Of a DNA stretch of 64,000 nt, positions 47,761 through 57,472 are shown piece after piece (within the stretch, counting starts at the first letter, position 1; each line of letters starts with the position of its first letter). Source of the stretch: an uncultured Planctomycetota bacterium. Lineage in GTDB: Bacteria > Planctomycetota > Phycisphaerae > Tepidisphaerales > Tepidisphaeraceae. Under the pieces are notes generated by a model. It was given only the letters and a program-made list of their open reading frames with translations, was not told the origin of the DNA and searched no databases. Made by a program: the position numbers and the translations under genes. The stretch spans positions 960,001 through 1,024,000 of the forward strand of contig CAWJEN010000005.1 in the NCBI GenBank assembly GCA_963841915.1, written 5' to 3'.

Positions 47761-48549
47761 GTGATCCGCTTCTATCCGTTTCGGCGTGAACTGGCAGTCC
47801 CGCAGCCGGCGAAAGATGTGTACGTCAAGCGACCGACAGGACGCGGCTGGCCCGAGGAGTGTCCGCCGATTCGTGCCGCCAACGCAGCCGGCTTTGACCT
47901 TTTTGCCAACTTCGATGTCGCGTTCACGCGGCAAGGCGACGGCGACTGGCAGGTCGAGTCGAACACGGAGCTGTCGAGCGACTTCGACTGGACGCCCGAC
48001 GACGATGCGCCGGGTCGGCCGCTGACGCAGCGGTACGCGTGGCCTTGGGAGCGTGGCCAGACGCTGCCGCACGTCATCAGCGACGACGTGTACGAGGTCG
48101 TGCGACATCAAATGAAGGTCAGTACGTTCTTGTTCTTGGCAGCCGACGCCAACGAGACGGTCCTGTTCTGCGACCCGCCGAACGCGCCGCCGATGCACGA
48201 GCGTGGCTGGCGGGCGATGTCGGCGCTGGCGGAAATCGATTGGTATCCGGCAAGTTACCCGTGGCACGTCGTGCTCGAGCTCGATCCGCGTCGGGAGCGG
48301 GTCGAGATCAAGCAGGGCGAGGTGCTGTGCCGCCTGCTGCCGATGCGTCGCGACACATATTTTGCCCGGCCGATGAGCGACGGTGAGTTTGGCGACTTCT
48401 TCGACCGGGGCCAACGATGGCTGGCGACGCACGGCAAGGCCCACAACGCCGACGGTTGCCCGGCGACATCGTTGGGGGGCGACGCATTGGACATCACGCG
48501 CACCTACGTCAGGCAACAGGTTCGTAGCCGCTATGTCGTGCTTGACTGA
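47761..48549 (+). CDS. Hypothetical protein, DUF6065-like
   Basis: ECPPIRAANAAGFDL, PPN, IDWYP, GEVLCRLLP pattern; family assignment from memory. Confidence 0.55.
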   Translation: MIRFYPFRRELAVPQPAKDVYVKRPTGRGWPEECPPIRAANAAGFDLFANFDVAFTRQGDGDWQVESNTELSSDFDWTPDDDAPGRPLTQRYAWPWERGQTLPHVISDDVYEVVRHQMKVSTFLFLAADANETVLFCDPPNAPPMHERGWRAMSALAEIDWYPASYPWHVVLELDPRRERVEIKQGEVLCRLLPMRRDTYFARPMSDGEFGDFFDRGQRWLATHGKAHNADGCPATSLGGDALDITRTYVRQQVRSRYVVLD

Positions 48550-48892
48550 AAGCCGGTGCGGCACCGGGCTTGTCTTCATCGTCTGCTCACGCATTCCAAA
48601 CCGCCCGCACATCCGCGGGTGGCGGTGCTGCTCTAGGTTGCGACGTGTCAGCGAAGCAGGGCAGCCCGATCCTCCTGAGCAGGCGGCCGAGCGTCGACAA
48701 CGTCCGACAAAAGCTGATGTTTCAGCACTGGCCGTGTCGACGTAGTGGACAGGCAGCCCTGTACGTCACGCCCGGCGTCTCGCGTGAGACGCAGCGTCAC
48801 ACATCACGCAGGGCGTTTGCCCCCATCACCACTGAGTCGAGGCTGCGTCGGGAGCGTCCCGTTCGTGACTCGGCCGCGGAGACGAAACAATC

Positions 48893-50314
48893 ATGAATCA
48901 ACGCACCCACACGACGCGTCGCCTGCAGGGCGTCGCACTAGCCGGCGCCGTCGTCGGCAGCCTTGCCGCCACGCATACCACCCAGGCCGCCGAACCGACG
49001 AGCGACGAGCTGCTCGCCCAGGCCAAGAAGTTGATCGCCCAGGCCGAAGCCAAGAAGGCCGACGAGGCCGTGCAAGCTGAGACGAAGGAAGCCGCGCTGG
49101 ACCGTGTTCTCGCCGACGCCGACCGCCGTAGCAGCTCGAGCCTCCCGGCGCTGATGCAGGTTGACGATCCGGATCCGTTCACCGCCGGCCATAATGGAAA
49201 GTTTCTGCTCGCCAGTGAAGACGGCCGATTCACGCTGAACCCGAATTTTCAGCTGCAGGTCCGCTACGTCGCCAACTTCAACAGCGTTGACGGTGCGGGC
49301 GAAACCGGCTTTGCTGAAGAGATCAACGAAGGCCTCGAGCTCCGCCGCGTGAAGATCGGCTTCAAAGGCAACGCTTACAGCAAGGACCTGACGTACGACA
49401 TCAAATTCGCCTTCAACCGCAACGCGGCTGTGACGGATGACGACCTCGTGCTCGAGAACGGCTTCATCGACTACACGCCTGCCAGTGGCTTCTTCGGTAA
49501 CGAGAACCTCGGCATTCGCATCGGCCAGTACAAGGACCCGACCTTCTTCGAAGAGGCAGTCAGCTCGACCCGCCAGCTCGCAGCCGACCGGTCGTTGCTC
49601 AACGAAACCCTCGCCGGTGGCCAGACCGACTTCATCCAAGGCGTCGGCCTGATCTACAAGGGTGACAAGGTCAAGGGATTGCTGTCGATCAACGACGGCC
49701 TGAACAGCGACAACACGGACTTCGCAGACGCCGTCGGCGTCAACCGTGGCGGCCTGGCCGGTCGTGTCGACGTCACGCTCTCCGGCGACGAGTCAGCCTT
49801 TAAAGACTTCACCGCACTTACCACAGAAACCGACAGCTCCCGCATCGGTGGTGGCTTCTTCCTCGACCTGACCGAAGTCGACGACGACTACGGCTACACG
49901 CTGCTGGCCACCATCGATTACAGCTACGAGACGGCAAATGGGCTCGGCCTGTTCCTGGCAGGCGTGGCTGAGCTCGAAGACGCAAGCACCGACACCGACG
50001 ACGACGACACCGCCAACTTTGGCGCGATTGCAAAGGTCAGCCAGGTGCTTGACAAGGAGAACGGCTGGGAAGTCTTTGGTCAGTACAACTTCATTCTGTT
50101 TGACGAAGAAGACGCCTCGGGCGAGGATCTTTACCACGAGGTCGTCGGTGGCGTGAATAAGTACTGGGTCGACCACAAGGTCAAGATGACCATCGATGCC
50201 GGTGTGCTGCCCGTCGGCAACCCGGGCTCGAACAGCGGCATCGGCTACCAGAGCGATGGTGGCAACGACGACCCGCAGTTGACGATTCGCGGCCAGTTCC
50301 AGCTTCTGCTGTAA
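48893..50314 (+). CDS. Outer-membrane porin (OprO/OprP-like)
   Basis: Signal peptide, coiled N-terminus, ELRRVKIGFKG, IGQYKDP, RQLAADRS, C-terminal beta strand IRGQFQLLL. Confidence 0.8.
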   Translation: MNQRTHTTRRLQGVALAGAVVGSLAATHTTQAAEPTSDELLAQAKKLIAQAEAKKADEAVQAETKEAALDRVLADADRRSSSSLPALMQVDDPDPFTAGHNGKFLLASEDGRFTLNPNFQLQVRYVANFNSVDGAGETGFAEEINEGLELRRVKIGFKGNAYSKDLTYDIKFAFNRNAAVTDDDLVLENGFIDYTPASGFFGNENLGIRIGQYKDPTFFEEAVSSTRQLAADRSLLNETLAGGQTDFIQGVGLIYKGDKVKGLLSINDGLNSDNTDFADAVGVNRGGLAGRVDVTLSGDESAFKDFTALTTETDSSRIGGGFFLDLTEVDDDYGYTLLATIDYSYETANGLGLFLAGVAELEDASTDTDDDDTANFGAIAKVSQVLDKENGWEVFGQYNFILFDEEDASGEDLYHEVVGGVNKYWVDHKVKMTIDAGVLPVGNPGSNSGIGYQSDGGNDDPQLTIRGQFQLLL

Positions 50315-50348
50315 GCCGGCCGTCCGAGCGGAGAATTGCGAATTACCT

Positions 50349-50380
50349 GCGACGCCCGCGGCATCAGCCGCGGGCGTCGT
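50349..50380. terminator. Hairpin between convergent porin and nadB
   Basis: gcgacgcccgcggc-atca-gccgcgggcgtcgt. Confidence 0.7.
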
Positions 50381-50384
50381 GCGT

Positions 50385-52076
50385 TCAGGCGGACGTGGCG
50401 ACGGGCTCGGGCGTCGGTGTCGTCATCGGCCGACTCCAGCGCAGGTGCATCCGCCAGTGCGCATCTTCGCGCTCAGGGTGATCAAGCCGATAGTGGACGC
50501 CGCGACTCTCCGTCCGGGCATGAGCCGCACCGGCGAGCAACCAGCCGACGGTGAGCATGTTCTGTAATTCCCATCCGTTCTGCGAGGCCTCCGGGTTGCC
50601 GTTGAGGCCGATCGTCTTGTCCATGACGTATCGGCCCCAAAACTCGATGATCTCGCGAGTTTCGGCCAGTCGGTCCCCCGTCCGCTCGATGCCGGCGTTT
50701 CGCCACATGACGCTGCGGAGGCTGCCCCGTACGTCACCGATGTCAAGCTCCGTGCGGTCGCTGGTCGGTTGATCGTGCCGAAGTTTTTGCGGGAAGGTTT
50801 CGGGCACGTCCGCACACGCCGCCGCGGCATGAACACCGGCGCGGTAGCCGTAGGCAAGGCCCTCGAGCAGCGAATTGCTAGCGAGACGATTAGCCCCATG
50901 AAGCCCGGTGCTGCTGCACTCACCGACGGCGTAGAGGCCGTCGATGTTGGTCATGCCGTCGTCACCCGTCGCCACGCCACCGATGTAGTAGTGGGCCGAC
51001 GGATGCACCGGAATCGGCTCCTTCGCCGGGTCGATCTCGAACTGCCCGCACAGTCGCATGATCGTCGGGAACCGCTTCTGGAACTTTGCCGCATCGAGGT
51101 GGCGGACGTCGAGGTAGACGTGCGTGTGGCCGGTGTTGCGAATTTGTTCGACGATGCCACGGCTGACGACGTCGCGCGGCGCAAGCTCGCCGTCGGTGTG
51201 GTAGTCGGTCATGAACCGGTACCCGTTCTTATCGATCAGGTGTCCGCCTTCGCCGCGAACGGCTTCGGTGACAAGCGCTCTCGCCGAGCCGGCGACGTAC
51301 AGCGTCGTCGGGTGGAACTGCATCATCTCTGCGTCCCGAAGGACAGCCCCTGCCCGGTAGGCCATCGCGTGTCCGTCTGCGGTGGCGATTTTCGGGTTCG
51401 TCGACTCTCGGAACAGCGTTCCCGCGCCGCCTGTGGCCAAGATGGTGCGCCTGGCCCACACCACGGTCAGCCGGCCGTCGATCATGGCAATTGCGCCGCA
51501 CGCAGCAGCGTCACGCTCAGGATCGGTGAGCACGTCGATGGCAAACGCCCGCTCGACGACGCTGATGTTTTCGCGTTCGCGGACGGTCCGAACGAGCGTG
51601 TTTGAGAGTTCGCGGCCGGTTGCGTCGCCGAATGCGTGGAGAATGCGGGCGACCGAGTGGCCGGCTTCGAGGCCGAAGGCGAGGTCGTGAGGGTTGCCCT
51701 GGGCGGCGTCCTTGTCGAAGTTCGCACCCCACGACAGCAGCTCCAGCACGCGGGCCGGCCCTTCTTCGACGGCGAGACGGACGGCGTGCTCGTTGCATAG
51801 CCCGGCACCGACTGCAATGGTGTCGTCTACGTGCGACTCAATTGAATCGAGCGGTGACAGCACGGCTGCGATGCCGCCTTGGGCGTACCAGGTATTGCTC
51901 TCGGCGACCGTGTCCTTGGCCAGAAGAATAACGTCGCGCCCGGCCTCGGCGGCGGCGATGGCGCTGCGAAGACCCGCCACACCGCCTCCGATTACTAGAA
52001 CGTCGCACTGGCGTTGTGGCAACCGGCCCGCCTTGAACGGCACGAGATACCGGCGGCCGGTGATGAGGTCAGACAT
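50385..52076 (-). CDS. nadB: L-aspartate oxidase
   Basis: IGGGVAGL, SNTWYAQGGIAAV, QFHPT, TEAVRGEG, ELAPRDVV, TGLHGANRLASNSLLE, ESRGVHYR. Confidence 0.95.
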   Translation of the reverse strand: MSDLITGRRYLVPFKAGRLPQRQCDVLVIGGGVAGLRSAIAAAEAGRDVILLAKDTVAESNTWYAQGGIAAVLSPLDSIESHVDDTIAVGAGLCNEHAVRLAVEEGPARVLELLSWGANFDKDAAQGNPHDLAFGLEAGHSVARILHAFGDATGRELSNTLVRTVRERENISVVERAFAIDVLTDPERDAAACGAIAMIDGRLTVVWARRTILATGGAGTLFRESTNPKIATADGHAMAYRAGAVLRDAEMMQFHPTTLYVAGSARALVTEAVRGEGGHLIDKNGYRFMTDYHTDGELAPRDVVSRGIVEQIRNTGHTHVYLDVRHLDAAKFQKRFPTIMRLCGQFEIDPAKEPIPVHPSAHYYIGGVATGDDGMTNIDGLYAVGECSSTGLHGANRLASNSLLEGLAYGYRAGVHAAAACADVPETFPQKLRHDQPTSDRTELDIGDVRGSLRSVMWRNAGIERTGDRLAETREIIEFWGRYVMDKTIGLNGNPEASQNGWELQNMLTVGWLLAGAAHARTESRGVHYRLDHPEREDAHWRMHLRWSRPMTTPTPEPVATSA

Positions 52077-52137
52077 AGAGACGACGGTAGTTCCGGCAGC
52101 GACCCAATGTTTCACCTGGCGCCACTAGCCTGTGACG

Positions 52138-53232
52138 ATGCGTCGCGTCTGCTTTGTTACGGGAACACGGGCTGAGTACGGGCTGATGCGGACGACGCTC
52201 GCCGCCATCCGGTCGGAGGCGGCGTTGGAGCTTCAGCTCATCGCGACGGGCGTTCACCTTGACCCGAGCCGCGGGCACACGGTCGACCAGCTCGATCAGA
52301 TCGACGCGATCGTGCCATGGCCGGTGGCGACAAGGCCAACAAGCCTCGCGGCGGCGACGGGTCGGGCATCAGCCGACATGGCCGAGGCACTCGAACGCTT
52401 GTCGACGGATGTGGTGCTCCTCGTCGGTGATCGCGTCGAAGCCCTTGCCGCAGCCATGGCGGGTCACTTGTCGAATCGCATCGTTGCGCACGTCCACGGC
52501 GGCGACCGGGCGGCGGGACAGGCTGACGACGCCATGCGGCACGCGATCACAAAGCTCGCTCACCTCCACTTTCCGGCCACGCCCGCCAGTGCCGATCGGG
52601 TGCTGAAGCTCGGTGAAGATCGTTGGCGCATCCACCAATGCGGCACTCCGGGAATCGACGGGATCGCTGAAGAGGCCGAACCGGCGGCCATTGCGTCGCC
52701 GTTCGCTTTGCTTGTTCTGCACCCGACGCGAGACAACGAAACGGCGGAGTACAGAGCCGCGGGCACGTTGCTTGAAGCGGTGCTTGATGTCGGCGTGCCG
52801 CGTGTGGAGGTCGTCTGGCCCAACGGTGATCTTGGAGCCGGTGGCATCACGCGGCGGTGGGACGAAGCGGCCGACGACGAACGCGTCCAAGTTCATCGCG
52901 ACCTGCCGCGGCCAACCTTTTTACGACTTATGCGGGATGCGGCGTTTTTGGCCGGAAATTCGTCGTCGGGCATCATCGAGGCGGCGACCTTCGGCACGCC
53001 GGTGCTCGACATCGGCCCACGCCAGGCCGGCCGGGAACGGTCGGACAACGTGATTCACGCCAACGAGGCGGATGTTCCTGTCGCCTTAGCCAACCTGTGG
53101 AACAATGCTCATCCTCGACGCTTCACCGGCACCAACGTCTACGGCGGCGGTGACGCGGGACAACGCATTTGCCGTGTGCTGGCAAGCTTCGACGACACCG
53201 CCACACTGCGTCACAAGCTCATCGCGTATTGA
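52138..53232 (+). CDS. neuC: UDP-N-acetylglucosamine 2-epimerase (hydrolysing, NeuC-like)
   Basis: VTGTRAEYGL, GDRVE, HVHGGD, RHAITKLAHLHF, GNSSSGIIEA, RQAGR. Confidence 0.88.
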   Translation: MRRVCFVTGTRAEYGLMRTTLAAIRSEAALELQLIATGVHLDPSRGHTVDQLDQIDAIVPWPVATRPTSLAAATGRASADMAEALERLSTDVVLLVGDRVEALAAAMAGHLSNRIVAHVHGGDRAAGQADDAMRHAITKLAHLHFPATPASADRVLKLGEDRWRIHQCGTPGIDGIAEEAEPAAIASPFALLVLHPTRDNETAEYRAAGTLLEAVLDVGVPRVEVVWPNGDLGAGGITRRWDEAADDERVQVHRDLPRPTFLRLMRDAAFLAGNSSSGIIEAATFGTPVLDIGPRQAGRERSDNVIHANEADVPVALANLWNNAHPRRFTGTNVYGGGDAGQRICRVLASFDDTATLRHKLIAY

Positions 53233-53238
53233 GCGTCA

Positions 53239-53703
53239 TCAGTCGTTCACATTGCCAAGATCTGCGTCACCATCGAGGGCCTCGGAAGAGGTATCAGGGT
53301 CGACGACTCCGATGCGGTTGTCCTGAAGATCGCGGACGGCGTCTTCAGCGCCAAACATGTCGAAGAGGCACACCAGGAACAAGATAGACACGACGATGGT
53401 CGTCACCGCCGGCAGTACGTTGCCGGCCCGCTCGTCGCCGATTGCCATGACGAGCCCGATGCCGGCAGCAATGACGGCCGTGAGGGCAACCACCGTCCCG
53501 GCCACATCCCAATCGAGCGCAAAGCACAAGATGAGCCCGATGACCGCAACCACCGTGGCGATGGCCGACGTGATGGTGACGTTGTTGTCATCGGTCGGCA
53601 GGACCTTGTCGTCGTTGTCGACGACGGTCTCGCGGCGGACATTCGACGGATCGGCGGCAGTGTGCTCGGTCGTGTAGTCGAGGCTCGGGTCGCGTTGGCT
53701 CAT
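53239..53703 (-). CDS. Hypothetical membrane protein (3 TM)
   Basis: Three hydrophobic segments; ATGA overlap with the upstream gene. Confidence 0.75.
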   Translation of the reverse strand: MSQRDPSLDYTTEHTAADPSNVRRETVVDNDDKVLPTDDNNVTITSAIATVVAVIGLILCFALDWDVAGTVVALTAVIAAGIGLVMAIGDERAGNVLPAVTTIVVSILFLVCLFDMFGAEDAVRDLQDNRIGVVDPDTSSEALDGDADLGNVND

Positions 53704-54560
53704 GCGTTACGACTAGCAATGCCGGTGCCGTCGGGCTTGCCTGAGCGGGCCGAGGTGCGGGCTATCTCGAGTGCAGTGTCGGCCAGCCATTGATGGGCCT
53801 TCTCGCATGCATAGTCGACGTTTATCGTGCGGCGGTACTGCTCGAGGCGACGCATCGGGTCGCGTGTCTGCTTGGCGTCGTTCAGGAACGGCAGATGGAG
53901 CTGTTCCCAGAGATGCATCGTTTCGGCGAAAGTCGCCGCCGAGCCCGACCGCTCGCCGCGTGGTAGTTCGTCATCGGCCAGCACGAGCGAGAACGGTGGC
54001 AGCCGCTTGAGCAGCCCGCCGACCCCGAGGGATAGGGCCGTCTCTTGGGGCGGCAGCGCCACGTCGGCCGTCGGCACGACGGCGACGACTATGCGGCCGT
54101 CTTCGGTCAGCGGATAGGCGGCGGCGAGGTATGTTTCGACGAACAGGTTTTGATCGGCCGCGAGCTGTCGCACGGCTAGTGACGCCGCCAAGCTCGCCCG
54201 GCCGGCGACAAGCAACTGACCGTGCGGATACCGCCCGACAATGTCAGCGGCGTTGACGTCTTCTTCCTGTGTCGCCCACAGGTCGAGCCGCACGGTGCCC
54301 TCGCCGCAGATCTGTCGTCTCTGTCGACGGGCTTCCTGGAGCGGGAAGTAGAGCCGGCCAAGCGTGTCGAAGTCCTCGTGCTCGGCGGCAAGGGACTCTG
54401 CCGCCAGAAAGAGACGTTCGGCGTCGAGATATCGCGTTTCGATGAGCGCGGTTTGACCTTGCTCACAAGTTTCCTGAAGGTCGCTGGTCACAGCAAAACC
54501 TAGGGACGGCGGCGGCTTTGCGAACTCCAGGCGGCGGGCGTGGGATTTTGTGTTCGACAT
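53700..54560 (-). CDS. Hypothetical protein
   Basis: Long ORF filling the gap; N-terminal helical TPR-like segment, PLQEARRQRRQ. Confidence 0.7.
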   Translation of the reverse strand: MSNTKSHARRLEFAKPPPSLGFAVTSDLQETCEQGQTALIETRYLDAERLFLAAESLAAEHEDFDTLGRLYFPLQEARRQRRQICGEGTVRLDLWATQEEDVNAADIVGRYPHGQLLVAGRASLAASLAVRQLAADQNLFVETYLAAAYPLTEDGRIVVAVVPTADVALPPQETALSLGVGGLLKRLPPFSLVLADDELPRGERSGSAATFAETMHLWEQLHLPFLNDAKQTRDPMRRLEQYRRTINVDYACEKAHQWLADTALEIARTSARSGKPDGTGIASRNA

Positions 54561-54628
54561 GCTGCAGCTTTTGGGCTAGGCATTAGGCTTGGAGCGCGCG
54601 TCGCCTTTGTTGCGTCGCCAACCCTGTC

Positions 54629-56782
54629 ATGCAGCCTTTCGACACTGCCCCGACGCAGACCAAGCGGGCCGATACAAATGATCAACCGTCAGCCCGTGCC
54701 GAAATCGGCGGGGCATCAGCTGGTGGTGTGCCACCGGGCGACCAAGACGGAGCGTCATCCGCCGGCCAGAAGCCGCCTTTCGTCCCGGAGTATCTGCGGC
54801 GGTTCCTGGCGTACCTCAAGAGGTATCCGGTGCTGCTGTGTTTTGCCGTCCTGTCCGGCGTGTCGAAGCTAGTTCTGCAGTTTGCTTTTCCGGCAATCTT
54901 CGGCTTCATCGTCAACGAGGTCATCGTCACGGAGGGCGAAAGCGTCATGACCGACGCCGAGCGCGGCGAGTGGCTGTACAACCTGACGCTCATCACGCTG
55001 TTCGTGATCGTCCTCTACAGCATCGCGACGTTCTTCCGCAGCTACCTGACGGGGCAACTCGCCTTCCGCATCATCCGCGACATCCGCCAGGACCTGTTCG
55101 GCCACCTGCACCGACTCAGCCTGCACTTCTACTCGAAAGAGCGCACCGGCAGCATCGTCAGCCGCGTCATCACCGACATCTCCAATGCCGCCCAACTGGT
55201 TAATGGTGGCGTGGTGGCGGTGGTCATGGACCTCGGTGCGTTCGTCATCGGCGTCGGCCTGCTGCTGTGGATCAGCCCGCCGTTGACGCTGTTGGCGCTT
55301 GCGATCTTGCCGTTGTACGGCTTTCTCATCAACAAGCTCCGCCCACGCGTCCGCCACGCCGGTCGACTTGTGCAACGCTCGATCGGCAAGATCAGTGGCA
55401 ACGTGCAGGAACAGCTCGCGGGCATCGCTCTCGTCCAGTCCTCCGCCGCCGAGGAACGCGAGAGCGCTCGCTTCCAAAACGATACCGAGGAGCACTACGA
55501 CCGCGTCGTCCAGCAGAAGGTTCTGGCTTCCGTCACCGAAACCCTGGGTGAAACCCTCACCCGCGGCGGCACGGCTCTTGTCTTCCTGCTCGGTGGTTAC
55601 TTGTCGTACAAGCACGGGACCGTAAATGCGGGTGAATTAGTCATGTTCACCGGATGGCTCGGTGTGATGTACTTCCCGGTCCAGCGATTCGCCGAGATCA
55701 ACGTTGTCTTTCAGACGTGCATGGTGAGCATCGAACGCGTTTTCCGCGTCTTCGACATCACGCCCAAGATTCTCGAGCGACCAGACGCGTGGCCTCATCC
55801 GCCCGAGCGGGGAGAAGTTGAGTTTGAGAACGTCCGTTTCAGCTACGCCGACGATTCTGACGAGAGCCGTACCAGCCTCGGCCGTGAAGATGACAAGGGC
55901 GCACTCGACCCGCTGACGGGCAAAAGCGTCGACCCTGACCCACGTGGCAGGCCGCCTCTGATCGAGCTCGCCAGGAGCGAACGTCGCCGACTGGTACGCG
56001 AGGAATTGGCAAGGCAGATCAAGCTCGAGCGTCGCCGGGACAAGCTCAAGCGTGAAGGTCGTCTTCCGGGTCCGCCGCCTGTTCGGCGGCGTTGGGTGCT
56101 CGACGGCCTGTCGTTCCACGTCAAACAAGGCCAACGCGTCGCGCTCGTCGGCCCGTCAGGTAGCGGCAAGACCACGCTCGTCAGCCTGCTGCCACGTCTG
56201 TACGACGTCAGCGAAGGTGCCATCCGGATCGACGGCCGTGACGTGCGCGATTATCGGAAAAAGCCGCTCCGCGAATCGGTCGGCATCGTGCAGCAGGACA
56301 GCTTCTTGTTCAGCGGCACAGTGTATGACAACCTGCTCTACGGCCGCCCGGAGTCGAGCTACGACGAAGTGATCGACGCCGCCAAGGCCGCCAATGCAGA
56401 TGAATTTATTCGTGAGTTAGCCGACGGCTACGACACCATTCTCGGCGAGCGCGGCGTGAACCTGTCCGGCGGACAACGCCAGCGGCTCAGCATTGCCCGG
56501 GCAATTCTCAAGAACGCGCACATTCTGATCTTGGACGAAGCGACCAGTGCACTGGATGTCGAGAGTGAGCGGCTGGTGCAGGAAGCCTTGGAGCGACTGA
56601 TGCAGAATCGCACGAGCTTCATCATTGCCCACCGACTCAGCACGGTCCGGGACGCAGATCGCATCTTGGTCATCGACCGCGGCCGAGTGGCCGAGGACGG
56701 CACGCATGAGGAACTCGTTGCCGCCGACGGCCTGTACGCGATGCTCGCACGTCAGGCGTTCAAGGATCCGTCCGCAGGCTGA
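54629..56782 (+). CDS. ABC exporter (fused TMD + NBD, MsbA/Sav1866-like)
   Basis: 6-TM domain, GPSGSGKTT, LSGGQRQR, ILDEATSALD, IAHRLST. Confidence 0.93.
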   Translation: MQPFDTAPTQTKRADTNDQPSARAEIGGASAGGVPPGDQDGASSAGQKPPFVPEYLRRFLAYLKRYPVLLCFAVLSGVSKLVLQFAFPAIFGFIVNEVIVTEGESVMTDAERGEWLYNLTLITLFVIVLYSIATFFRSYLTGQLAFRIIRDIRQDLFGHLHRLSLHFYSKERTGSIVSRVITDISNAAQLVNGGVVAVVMDLGAFVIGVGLLLWISPPLTLLALAILPLYGFLINKLRPRVRHAGRLVQRSIGKISGNVQEQLAGIALVQSSAAEERESARFQNDTEEHYDRVVQQKVLASVTETLGETLTRGGTALVFLLGGYLSYKHGTVNAGELVMFTGWLGVMYFPVQRFAEINVVFQTCMVSIERVFRVFDITPKILERPDAWPHPPERGEVEFENVRFSYADDSDESRTSLGREDDKGALDPLTGKSVDPDPRGRPPLIELARSERRRLVREELARQIKLERRRDKLKREGRLPGPPPVRRRWVLDGLSFHVKQGQRVALVGPSGSGKTTLVSLLPRLYDVSEGAIRIDGRDVRDYRKKPLRESVGIVQQDSFLFSGTVYDNLLYGRPESSYDEVIDAAKAANADEFIRELADGYDTILGERGVNLSGGQRQRLSIARAILKNAHILILDEATSALDVESERLVQEALERLMQNRTSFIIAHRLSTVRDADRILVIDRGRVAEDGTHEELVAADGLYAMLARQAFKDPSAG

Positions 56783-56791
56783 CGCGGACGG

Positions 56792-57250
56792 TCACGCCGC
56801 CAGAGGTGTGGTGCTGCTGTCGAACTCAACGGCAATCTCGCAGCCGGGCTGGTGCTGCTCATTGAGCACGCGGATGACTCGGCCGTAGGCATCCCACCCG
56901 CGGCCGCGGTCGTTGCCTTGGGGCGGGAAGAAGACCGTGACGCGCTCACCGACGTTGAGGCGTGTCTGGCTCTTGGCCCGCAGGCCACCGACGCTGACAT
57001 CTTCGATGTTGAGGTTCAGGAACGGCTCGCTGCGGACGTCTTCACCAGCTTCAAGCCGTCGGCCGCGGACGCGAAGACTCAGTGCCTGACGCGGGAAGAT
57101 GCGGCGATCGGCACCGGCAAGACGGGGTGCACTGTGGCTGGTGACGTCGTCGGCAAAGCCGATGCGGCCGGCAACTTCCGGGGCGTCGAGCTCTTCGTAA
57201 ACGTCGAGGTCGGGGGAAACGAGACGAAGCGAGGGGTGTGCGGCAACCAT
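56792..57250 (-). CDS. PilZ domain protein
   Basis: RRIFPR (RxxxR) and DVSVGG (DxSxxG) c-di-GMP motifs. Confidence 0.85.
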   Translation of the reverse strand: MVAAHPSLRLVSPDLDVYEELDAPEVAGRIGFADDVTSHSAPRLAGADRRIFPRQALSLRVRGRRLEAGEDVRSEPFLNLNIEDVSVGGLRAKSQTRLNVGERVTVFFPPQGNDRGRGWDAYGRVIRVLNEQHQPGCEIAVEFDSSTTPLAA

Positions 57251-57472
57251 GATTCTTCCTTGAGCGTCGCCTTGTCTGCGTCGCGGCCGTCGTGGTCGCG
57301 GTGGTGTCAGCAGCGTGGCGTGTACCAACTTTTTCGTCGTATCAGTGCGACAGCCTTACCTCGCGATGCAAGTTTCCCGAGCGATTTGCGGCCGGGTCAA
57401 TAACATCGCCCGCCGCACCATCGGCAACGCCGGTGTGTCCGCTGGCCCGTTGCGTCACGTCCGATCATCACC

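Noticed and set aside
48761..48810. Pho box upstream of the OprO/P-like porin
   Set aside because: GTCAC-like words are not at 11-bp periodicity; only a short dyad (48775-48792).
52108..52120. parS half-site tgtttcacctgg
   Set aside because: Second half does not match.
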